From positions 98,210,001 through 98,274,000 of the forward strand of contig NC_058368.1 of NCBI RefSeq assembly GCF_018350175.1: a DNA stretch of 64,000 nt, read 5' to 3'. The notes beneath the pieces were generated by a model that was not told the DNA's origin, did not search any database, and saw only the letters and a program-made list of their open reading frames with translations. The translations under genes and the position numbers were made by a program. Below, one piece after another: positions 36,716 through 47,141 of the stretch; position 1 is the stretch's first letter; every line of letters starts with the position of its first letter. Origin of the DNA: Felis catus (Eukaryota).

Positions 36716-36949
36716 AGATTCGTTAATTTTTTAATAGAATGTGTTTATTTCATGAAACTTGAAAAATGATTATATAAGATAAAAATCACTAGCTAAAAAT
36801 AGCTACAATTGATACTCTGGTATACATCCTTCCAGATGTAAAATATATATATATAAAATAGAGAATATATAATGTAAAAATATATATGTATGTGTATATG
36901 TGTGTACGTATGTGTGTGAAAAATACATAAATAATGTAACATTAGATTT

Positions 36950-38050
36950 TAAAATTTTAATTTGACATAAGCCATCATAAAGCTAGAGAGAAAGGCAAGC
37001 ACCAGAGAAAGAAAGAAAATGAACAACCTATTAAACCAATAAAATGAGACATGATATAAAAAGAATCCCTAAAATTTAAGGAAAAAACATGAACTAATAG
37101 AAAGTTGGGCACACATTATAAGCGATTTATAGGACAGGAAATACAAATGGCAAATGTATGTGGAGATACTGAACACCTCTAGTGCTGGGGGAGGTGGGAT
37201 TAAAAATAAGATCGCTATTTAAGATATGTCGGGTGACCATATTTTCCAATTTGCTTAGGGCGATCCAGATTTGTGTCTGTTGTTCTAGAGTCCACCCCCG
37301 CCCCCCTATTTGGATTTTCTCTCAAATATGGCCTGTTTTGGATGATAAGTTAGGGTATCATTCTGGGCATAGATAACATCCTCAAATGCCTACACATAAC
37401 AGGAAGGTATAAGACAATAGGGAGAATTGGTTGTTGTGGAAAAATTAAGCATATCCTGCCAACAGGAATTCTAATTAAAAAAAATCCATGTGGGTTAAAG
37501 TGAATAATGTAGAAGATATTTAGACATTGAGCTGCTATCTTCGTAGTTGAGAAACACCAAGTCTTTGCTGTCAGTGGAAGTGAACATTACAGCCAACATG
37601 GAGAGTGATTTGTCATCCTGTATTAGAATTGATAAAAATTTTCACAAATTAGAATCCAGTAATTCCACTGTTCCATTAGAATAAAACATTTGTGTAAGTA
37701 CACAAAACATGAACGTTTCTTGTTGTACTCACGAAAATAACAGGAATTTGAAAGCTACAGAGATATTCATCATAATAGAATGGTTAAAATATAGTTCCTC
37801 TGTATTCTGGAAGAGAGCAAATGAGGTTAAAAGATGAGTTGGTCTGTTTGCATGAACATGGAATAATCTTCAAGAACAAATTGAGTGGAAAAACCAATAT
37901 GAAAAATAATATGTAAAGCCTATAAATATATTTTAGAAATAGAACAATAATACTCTGTATTCCTACAAGTATAGAAGTAGTTGGATAAAGCCATTAAAAT
38001 GAGTGTTATACAAACAGTATGCCAATAGTTGGGCTTTCATCTGGATAGGG
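36950..38050 (+). mobile_element. L1ME-type relic, split by a MER94-like element
   Basis: AATAGAAAG.TGGGCA..GGAAATACAAATGGC; AGTAATTCCACT; ATAGAATGG.TAAA..AACATGGAATAATCT..TTGAGTGGAAAAA. Confidence 0.55.
37228..37360 (+). mobile_element. hAT-Blackjack MITE (MER94-like)
   Basis: GGGTGACCATAT..TTTGC..GG..CCAG.TT.TG.CTGTTGT..TTTGGATGATAA. Confidence 0.6.
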
Positions 38051-38402
38051 AACTTGGTTAGTAAAGAATGTTGCCTTTTTAAATAGAATACAATGGTGAG
38101 GTCACTCTATACACTAAAATAATTAGGAAGGAAAGAGAACATTGTCTAAAATGAAAAAGCCATTGCACATCTCTCTATTGACATAAACAATTTGTTGATT
38201 TATAGTTGGAAAGATTTCCCCATAGTTCCCCAGAAATAGTTAAGAGAAATTGCTGGATAGGACGGAAGTTGTAGTTTTCTGAAGCCTTCCATGGCTGTAG
38301 ATAGAGCTCAGATAGAGAAAGTGAGGTGTGATCTTTATTTCAAATTCTGTCTGTGATCTGTGATGTCCTTAGATTGACCATGGTTTGTGTTTCAGGAATC
38401 AG

Positions 38403-38405
<3 letters not shown>

Positions 38406-38441
<36 letters not shown>
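38406..38441 (+). repeat. (TG)18 microsatellite
   Basis: Read directly. Confidence 0.97.
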
Positions 38442-38445
<4 letters not shown>

Positions 38446-41400
38446 CGCATGAGTACATACACACATATCCGTCTCCACTGGAAAAAAAAAAAAAAAAAAG
38501 ATCTAAGCAGAGATGGAAAAGACCAAAACACAAATATATAAAGTACACAGAGAAAAAAAATATTGTGAGAGAAATAGAGTTGTAACACAAATCCTTTTCC
38601 TAAACAGTGTGCAGGGTGCAGTAAACTGACCCAATGAAAAGCTAAATTTATCGCCTTTATTCAGTAAAAGCCACAGAGACACCACGGACATAATGCTGCT
38701 ATTCTTCCCTGGGAAAGGAGAACAGATTTTTGTTGTTCATTGTAGCTGCTGCAATAATACAGCTACTATTAGTTCAGTGAGTGCAGAAACTGAGAATGGA
38801 TTGTTGGTATTTTAATTTCATGTTAGATTACAATGCAAAGTTAAATATTAAAAGCGGCTTTTATATACCTCGTACTTTTAATTACAATGCACTGTCGAAT
38901 TTTCTGATTTCAAACTCATAGTCGAAATTTGTGCAACAATATTAATAGAACACATTCAGTTTTCTTCAGAGATTGTCATGTAAAACTCTTGGTTTCCTCA
39001 TTGGGAGAGCTTGAACTAACAATAGTTGTTGTTTTTAAATAATTGATGAAGATGTTCATGATCTCCAATAAAAGTATATCATTAGTCCTTCTTTCTTAGG
39101 ACAATCCCTCAAGGCAATAAATCTGTTAGTAGAACACATTTTAAAAACATTATTAATTTGTAGCCTTACATTTTAATCTGACCCAAAGGATGTGTTGACA
39201 TAGCCTAGTGTGTGCTATTTCTGTTCTTTGTGCCAATTCATTCTTGCTGAATTCTCTCTTTAGGTAGAAACTTCCAATGAGAAATTGTCATTTTGCTGTG
39301 GTAGGATTTAGAAATTGTCTAGCACTCAATTGGTCAGTTTGTCAGAACTTTCTATCTCTTCTCTGTCATATGCTTTTGAATCCATTTGACATAAAGCTTT
39401 TTCTTGCTGTTAGAACTTGATGCTTTTTCAGAATCAGCATTTCACGTCTATTGTGGATACCTACGTGACTGGATATAGGAACGGGAACTTTTTCATGAGC
39501 TTGAAAGGGTCAATTCTGAGTAACTGTACCTTATTTTTCATAATGACAGCTCTGAGATTGTAAGATTTACCCCCAAGTACACATAACAGAAAGAAAAACA
39601 CTTTCAGGGAGATCATTGTTGCTGCTGCTTCCACTAAATTTGTAGTCTAATAAAGGGAAGTTTGCAATGAGGTCAATGGCACTCAACCACTGTGGTGCCT
39701 TTTTATAGAGCACAGATGACATTTTTAAGTCTTTTTACATGGAAATTAATAGAAATAGGAGTTATAATCCCTTTAACCAGTAATGAATATTTTCTACTCC
39801 TCTGCTATAAGAAAATGTTTTAAATTTGAAATCATGTATAATTTATAATCCTTATTAGAAACACTGGTCAGAACAGAAGATGAGGCTCCCTTTTCCACCA
39901 CCCTGAGGTTATCTGAGCTCCTCTTAGCCTTCTTTTAGGGAGAATAAGGGGAGGAAAAGATAGTAACCTGTGAAGGCTTTATCCATAAAAGCCTGGCAGA
40001 AAAGGTTTTAACTGGAAAGAGCTGAAATTATTAAGCCAACTTGAATTCTGCTTACGTTTCTCAGGAGGAATATTGGGTTACTTACAGAAAATAAAAAGGC
40101 TACCTTGTTCCTTTTTTGTGCCCTTCTTAGTAAGTATGTCTTTTATCCTATTAACATATCACAGAACATGATAACCTTACAGTTATAGAGAAGCATGGTT
40201 TCCCCACAAGACGTGGGAATACAGTTCTCAATGGGTTTCCTGTGTGAGTGCACGGCGTCGGATTCAGACACACTGTTTTGGTCTGCAAAGTTATGGGGTA
40301 TGAAGCCAATTTAAGATTACGGGGTACTCAGTGTTAAACTGTATATGCTATGGGCCCGCCTTCTGTTTGCCGCATTCTGTGGATGTTCACCCATCTGCCA
40401 GTCCATTGAGACCCTTGTCACCCATTGATATACCTTCTAGTTGCCTTGAGGGAACTCACTTATGTTGTTATTGATATTCTTTTCCTCGCCTTCCTCCCTT
40501 CCTTCTTTTCTCTCGACCAGCAAGTATTGTCATGGCACCTCTTTCCACTAAAGAAGACTATAAATATGCCTGAAGTTTTCAAAGGGGAAATGCGGATTTG
40601 CATGTTCAATGCAGTGGAAACTTCCCTGAGCAAATTTTATCAAGAGAGAAGCACAAAAATATGAGAATGTTCAGTTCGCTAAGAACAAAGTTAGGAAAAA
40701 CAGTAAGTTATATAAACGAAAATTTTTTGAAAGTGGTCAGACACAGTATGTTTGAAAAAAAGTGAGATCTGCTGAAATTTCACATTCTATACAACTGAGT
40801 TAGATCTTTAAGTTATTTTGAAGCAATATTATTCAAATTAAGACTATTGTACACTACCTATTAGTGCTATTTTATTTGTAGATTTCAATGAGTGGGTCTT
40901 TGTATTGCAAAAATTAACCTCACAGTAATATGTGAGAAATGAACATGTCTTATACCAGGCCCAAGAATAATAAAGGTATTTTAAGCAACCCAGAAGGCCC
41001 TTTGGAACAAATGGAATGTGAGCTTCTGTTCCTGGGTTTTGTCAAAAGCATTAGACTGAATACGGCAATAACCAGTTTCTCCCCTCTTGGCTTAAGATTG
41101 ATCCAAACAACCTTTTAGTGAAGAATAACAACACTAGTTTTTATTTTTCCAAGATTCCTTTGTCTGCTTAGAAATAATATTCCAGTAATGTTGGTTTACG
41201 TTCTTAGGGCCACTGATCCTTGGGGAATCAAGTTAAAAGAACTTACGAAACTTCCCCCAATACTAAAGTCAATGGTGAATTGTGTCTTAGAGGTATTAGA
41301 GTGCATTTCAGGGCAGATTACTAACTTGATGTGTATTTGGGTATATGCCAGAAATGGGTGTGACTGGTGTTGAGCATTTGTTCATTTCAGACACATCTAT

Positions 41401-41459
41401 AAGGAGGTAGCTCTAGTTTTAGCAGTTACAGCGTGAGCTGGATTTTTATGTAAACTAGA

Positions 41460-41640
41460 ACAGCATCTCCTTTTCTTTTATTCATCATAGCACTGAAAGC
41501 AGTGTCTTAGCCATACTTAGAGGTTTTAAAATACCCTGATCTGATTCTCAGCCTGCGTTATTGACCCCTTAAGTCAGAATTTGATGAGTAGGACCCAGAC
41601 AGCGATACTTTCCCCAAGCTTCCAAAGCCTTTTATCGCCT
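41460..41640 (+). mobile_element. Degenerate MER5-like hAT fragment
   Basis: GGTTTTAAAATAC..TCAGAATTTG..TAGGACCCAG..AAGCTTCC. Confidence 0.35.
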
Positions 41641-42049
41641 TAATCTAAACTTCAGAATTGTTGCATTAAATCTTACTATAATTAGGATAGTCTGGTTAGA
41701 AGACACAAAACCTTACCAGAAAATTTTCTTACCACCGTTTCCTCCACTTGTATCGTCACACAGTCCAAAATAGTAGTACCATAGACACGGCTGGAAACTG
41801 CTGTGTAAAATAGTCTGGATGTTCATTTTCTTAAGTTTTTAAAGTCATGACACTACTTTTGGCCTGTCATACTTCATTTATGAATTTCACAAGATGACGT
41901 GAAATGTCTGAGGCCAGTGTTGGTGATGAAGGTAATTTTATTCACGGAACTAATTTGAACCGGGAATATTTTGTTAAAAGATGAAAATATTTAATTTCTC
42001 CACAAACCTGTAAAGTTTATCACATGAGATAAAAAACTATTATGTGATA

Positions 42050-42251
42050 GGGGCACTTGGGTGGCTCAGTGGGTTAAGCGTCCGACTTCGGCTTAGATCA
42101 TGATCTCACGGTTCATGAGTTCGGGACCTGTATCGGGCTCTACACTGACAGTGCAGAACCTGGTTGGGATCCTTTCTCTCTCTCTCTCTCTGCCCATTTC
42201 CCACTTGCATGCTCTCTCTCTCTCTCTCAAAATAAATAAACCTAAAAAAAA
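42050..42251 (+). mobile_element. CanSINE
   Basis: TSD ACTATTATGTGAT at 42036-42048 and 42257-42269. Confidence 0.96.
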
Positions 42252-42559
42252 CCCCCACTATTATGTGATGCAACTACATGCATATTCACTATGATAAACT
42301 AGAACATAAACTTTATCTTAAACTGGAGAAGGAATCTCTTTACAGATTAATACACTTCTCTTGTCACCGGAAAACCTAAACCATTTATAAGGGAGAGGAG
42401 AATATTATCTTCCATGATTTTTTTAAGGATACCTGTTAATGGTGTATTAGGTCTCCCTGCCATATTAGCTCATGTGGATAATAATTGAAATCGTCAATTT
42501 TTATCAGTATCTTTATGCATACCAATACAATTATATACATGCTGATACTTATATTGTGC

Positions 42560-42733
42560 TCAGGCCTAGCTACATAATTAGCAGGGCCAATGCAAAATGA
42601 AAATGAAGAGTAATTAGTTGAAAAATTATTAAGCATTTCATGATGGCTGTAGCAGAGCGTTAAATGACGCACAGGGACCATCTCTACAGGGTTTTGTGAG
42701 ACTGTACAGGTCACAGACCCGTGAAGCAGCTCT
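42560..42733 (-). mobile_element. MER45A-like hAT-Tip100 MITE
   Basis: GCTACATAATT.GC.GGGCC.A.TGCAAAATGAAAATG..AAAAATTATTAAG.ATTTCA.GATGGC..GCAGAGC.TTAAA..CAGGTCAC..CCC.TGAAGC. Confidence 0.85.
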
Positions 42734-42949
42734 AATTGTGCCCCCTACTATACACATACCTGTGAGGGTCTACAAGAAAGCAGAAGGGTATCCGCCCTAT
42801 AGCTTATATGCCAGTGAAGTAAACATGGCAGCTTGTGGTAACACATATCCTAGTGATCAGCTGAATAGCCCTGTGTCAAACGACAGTACAAATGTGGACA
42901 CTGGGAGTTCTTACTACTCTGGGGAATGTCATTGGTTATTTGCAGGACA

Positions 42950-43060
42950 GGGATATGTGTGATCTTGGGCAAGAAACTTAGCATCACTGACTTTACTAAT
43001 CTGTGAGGTGAGAGTAAGGACCTGCTGCAGGAATGTCATGACAATTAGGTGGAGCAGTTT
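42950..43060 (+). mobile_element. MIR fragment
   Basis: TGTGTGATCTTGGGCAAG..ACTTA..ATCTGTGA..TGAG. Confidence 0.55.
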
Positions 43061-43417
43061 ATTTAAGTTACTCACAAATGGTGAAGCTGGTCCTTTATTT
43101 AAGAACTAGGAAGATAGTTTTAACCCAAATAAATTTTGGAATGCCAACCTCATGCTTTCTCTTGTGCTTTATCACTTCTCATCTACTTTTTCCTTTGAAA
43201 CTAGTATGTACTTTCCACAAACAACCGAATCAAGCTGAGAAATTAATGTATCAGAAATTACTATGGTTGATTATTATCTCATTGGAGTTAATGTGTAAGC
43301 ATTCATCTTCCTGATGAATGCTAGAATAATATTTGTATGTTTAATTGTTTTGGTTGTGTTAGCTCAGATAGAAACTTAGAAAAGATAGTTAGTAGAAACT
43401 TGACAATTTTTAAAAAT

Positions 43418-43570
43418 TAATGGTGTATATTTCCTTCATTGTGGTTCTTGATTTTTTTGTGGGATTGAGTGATGACTGAGAATCTAGTGACAGTTAAGGA
43501 ATCCCTGTACCAACCCAATTTTGCATAAAATTTGAAAAGGTCTATGAGCGCCCTCAAACACATTAAACTA
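43418..43570 (+). mobile_element. Degenerate hAT-Charlie MITE (MER103/MER117-like)
   Basis: GTGGTTCTT..TGAGAATCT..AATTTTGCATA.AATTT. Confidence 0.4.
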
Positions 43571-43596
43571 AAACTTTTGTAAAGAATTACAGTGTT

Positions 43597-43830
43597 GGGG
43601 TGCCTGGGTGGCTCAGTTGGTTAAGTGTCTGACTTCAAGTCAGGTCATGATTTCATAGTCTGTGAGTTCAAGCCCCGCGTTGGGCTCTGTGCTGACAGCT
43701 CAGAGGCTGGGTCCTGGTTCGGATTCTAAGTCTGTATCTCTCTCAGCCCCTCCTCTGCTCATGCTTGCTCTCTCTCTCTCTCTCCCCCCCCCCTCAAAAA
43801 TAAATAAACATTAAAAAATTATAAAAAAAA
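43597..43830 (+). mobile_element. CanSINE (felid-type)
   Basis: TSD AAAGAATT.CAGTG at 43581-43594 and 43828-43841. Confidence 0.96.
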
Positions 43831-43972
43831 GAATTGCAGTGATAAGTTAATTAATGTTTCATCACTAAGACAGCAGAAATATGACTTTATCCAGATTAAT
43901 TGCTCAAGTCAGGTGATACAGTTTCCTGTTTTGTGGGTTTTTGGCCACTCAGTCAGGCTGGTACCTTGCTTT

Positions 43973-44107
43973 AAGAAAAGAAAGAAAGAAAGAAGAAAAA
44001 AAAGAAAGGAAGGAAGAAATAAGGAAAGAGAGAGAGAGAGAAAGGAAGGAAGAGATGAAAAAAAAAGATGGAAAGAAAGGAAGAAAGAAAGAAAGAAAAG
44101 AATAAAG
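43973..44107 (+). repeat. Purine-rich compound repeat (GAAA/GGAA/GA)n
   Basis: About 130 bp almost entirely A/G. Confidence 0.95.
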
Positions 44108-45933
44108 TACTTTAAGAATCCAAGAGGGTAATACAGAAATCTGTGCCATTTGATTTTTGAATTCCTGAAAATGATAGAGGTGTAAGAAATTGAAGAAAGG
44201 ACAATATTTCATTTGATAGAGTAAAGTATGCAGGGAATCGGATCCTGAACAAATTTTTCTGAATGAGAGAAGAGGTATGCTTGTAAAACACTGGAACCAC
44301 CTAGAAAAAGTCATAGTCACACCATCCTTAAGATTTTCAAAATATTCCCCACTTGCTGTGCGGTTTCATGGATGATACAGACTTATGAGAAAGGTCTAAA
44401 AATTTGCTCTTGTAATTTTTAGAGAAGATGCACAAATCTGTTATGATAAAGCAAGCATTCAGGAGTTGACCATATGCAGGTAGGAGTGCTAAATTTTCAG
44501 GGTTCGTTTAGAGAAATTACATATCTAAATGTATTTCTAACTTGAAACCATCAAAAATTTAAAAGTATTTATCTTTCACTAATTCTCAGAATAAAAAAGG
44601 ATGATCAGGTTACTTTAAAACTTCAGGGTTTGCCTTGTAGCCTTTCATAGTCTCCTCTTATCCTGTTGCATTTGTGGGGTTAGATCTTTATTAAATATGG
44701 TTGCCTGTACATTTTGTTCTCCTTAACCTTCCAGCCCCTTCCAGGCTAACTAATGTCTCTTCCATGTGTAGTGCATTTTAAATCATCTTAATTATATTCT
44801 GCCTTTTTGACCAAAGTCTGAGCTAGGGAACTACAGTGGTCAGATCTTGGTTGATTGCATTTCCAGTAACTGAACATCACCAAAGTTAGATTCCTAGCAG
44901 AGAACATTAGGTGTTGATTCCACCTTAGACATTGTCTTGTCCTAGTCAGTGATTTTGATTTCTCATTTAGAGAAAATTCAGACCCAGTGTGACTAAATGA
45001 CTTCCTCAATCCTATTGCAACTTTCAGAATTCCATCATTAATAAATTCAAGTATTTAATACACACTTCTTAAATGACATGGCTGAAGTTGTCCTATAATG
45101 AATATGATAGGCAAAGGTAGTTAAACTCTGAATACAAAATACTCTGTTTAATAAATAATTCAAAATTGGGGAAATCTGCTTTTATTTATTTTTCACCAGG
45201 GGAGAGTCTTTGCATATTTGAGCAGCAAAAATTACTGAAATAATACTAGTACTTGGGCAAAAAGTAAAGGAGGCAAGGTGAAAGTTAATTGGCAAAAGAA
45301 GGGTTCATATTATAATAAAAGTTGAATAGTATCAGACTAAATCTAATTTAGTTTGTTGAATGGGGGAGGGGAAAAAGTTTGAAGCATACCTAAATTAAGT
45401 AAGTACATACTGTTTTAAAGACTAATTTTTTAAAGAGAAATTTTAGCTTTATAACAGTGTTTAGAGGAAGGTACATATTTCCCATCTGTATACCTTCTGA
45501 CGCCACACATGCATAGCCTCCTGCATTATCAATAACACCTACTAGAATGGTACTTTTATTTATTTATTTATTTTAAACCAAGGTTGAACATACAAGACAC
45601 ATCATAATCATGCAAAGTCTGTAAGTTTACTTTAGGGTTAACTCTTGGTGTTGTATATCCTGTAGAGTTGGGACAAATGTATGATGAGTTATATCCATTA
45701 TTACAGTATTCTATAGAGCAATTTTACTTCCCTACAGGTCCTCTCTGCCCTGCCAACTAGTTTCTTTGCCACCTGCTCCCTGGCAACCACTGATATTTTT
45801 ATTGTGTCTGTAGTTTTGCCTTTTCCAGGATGTCATACAGTTGGAATTGCATGGTATGTACCCTTTTGCATTGGCTTCTTTGACTTATTAGTATGCATTT
45901 TTGGATCCTCCAGGTACTAATGGCTTGACAGCT

Positions 45934-46143
45934 CTTTTTTTTTTTTTTTTTTTTTTTGAGAGAGAATGAGCACAAGCAGTGTAAGTGAAAGGGGGGGGGG
46001 AGGGGGAAGAGGGAAAGAGAAAATCTTAAACAGGCTCCATGCTCAGCGTGGAGCCTGATGCAGGCTTGATCCCATGATACTCGCATCTGCCCGAGCTGGA
46101 ATCAAGAGTCAGATGCTCAGCCAACTGAGCCATCCAGGAACCC
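45934..46143 (-). mobile_element. CanSINE (older subfamily)
   Basis: Poly-T tail, reverse-complement body; TSD TGACAGCTC. Confidence 0.93.
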
Positions 46144-46667
46144 TGACAGCTCATTTCTTTTTACCACTCAATAATATTCCATTGTCTAGGTGGACCATAG
46201 TTTATGTATAATTCATATACTGAAGGACACCTTGGTTGTTTCCAGCTTTTGGCATTTAGGAATAAAACTGTTCTAAACATTCATGTGTAGTTTTTCTGCA
46301 GATATAAGATTTCAGCTCCTTTGGGTAAATGCCAAGGACTGTAATTGCTGGATCATATAGTAAATGTGTCGAGTTGTGTAAGAAACCACCAAATAGTCAT
46401 CCAAAGTGTCTGGACCACTTGACATTCCCACCAGCAGTGGATGTGAATTCCTGTTTGTTGTTCCACATCCTCATCAGCATTTGGTAGTGTTGGTGTCCCA
46501 GATTTTGGGCATTCTGATAGGTTTATATAAATGTCTCATTGTTTCAACTTGCATTTCCCTTATGACATATGATGTGGAACACCTTTTTATATGCCTATTT
46601 ACAATCTATGATGAGGTGTCTGTTAAGGTCTTTTACCCATTTTTAAATTAGGTAATTGGCTTCTTCA

Positions 46668-46881
46668 ATTTTTTTTTTAATGTTTATTTGTTTGTTTTTG
46701 CATGCGCTAGAGAGAGACAGAGCATGACCGGTGGAGGAGCACAGAGAGAGGGGCAGAAGATCTGAAGCGGGCTCTGCACGGACAGCAGAGAGCCCGATGC
46801 CGGGCTTGAACCTATGAGCCATGACATCATAACCCGAGCTGGAGTTGGACACTCAGCCAACTGAGTGTTGGCAGGCACCCC
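46668..46881 (-). mobile_element. CanSINE
   Basis: TSD TTGGCTTCTTCA at 46656-46667 and 46882-46893. Confidence 0.94.
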
Positions 46882-46909
46882 TTGGCTTCTTCATTTTTAA
46901 GAATTGTTG

Positions 46910-47038
46910 GGGGGTTCCTGGGTGGCTCAGTCGGTTAAGCATCCAACATCAGCTCAGGTCATGATTTCGTGGCTCATGGTTTCGAGCCTCACGTTGGGCT
47001 TTGTGCTGATAGCACAGAGCCTGGAGCCTCCTTCAGAT

Positions 47039-47069
<31 letters not shown>

Positions 47070-47131
47070 GCCCCTCCTCCACTCATAACTCTCTTTCTCA
47101 AAAATAAAACATTAAAAAAATTAAAAAAAAA
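46910..47131 (+). mobile_element. CanSINE (felid-type)
   Basis: TSD AAGAAT.GTTG at 46899-46909 and 47130-47140. Confidence 0.95.
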
Positions 47132-47141
47132 GAATAGTTGA

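Larger units (their letters stand above)
45412..46900 (-). mobile_element. L1MC-like 3' UTR and ORF2 C-terminus, carrying SINE insertions
   Basis: GGTACA..TTTCCCAT..CCACACATGCATAGCCTCC..GACACATCAT..TAGGGTT.ACTCTTGGTGTTGTA; CCCTGGCAACCACTGAT; CCACATCCTCATCAGCATTTGG. Confidence 0.88.

Noticed and set aside
38746..38776. 31-nt micro-exon candidate (TAG| ... CA|GTGAGT)
   Set aside because: Short pyrimidine tract with a nearby upstream AG, frame-shifting length and no further support.
40100..40137. Polypyrimidine tract followed by TTAGTAAGT as a recursive splice site
   Set aside because: It lacks the required AG|GT junction; there is only a single shared G.
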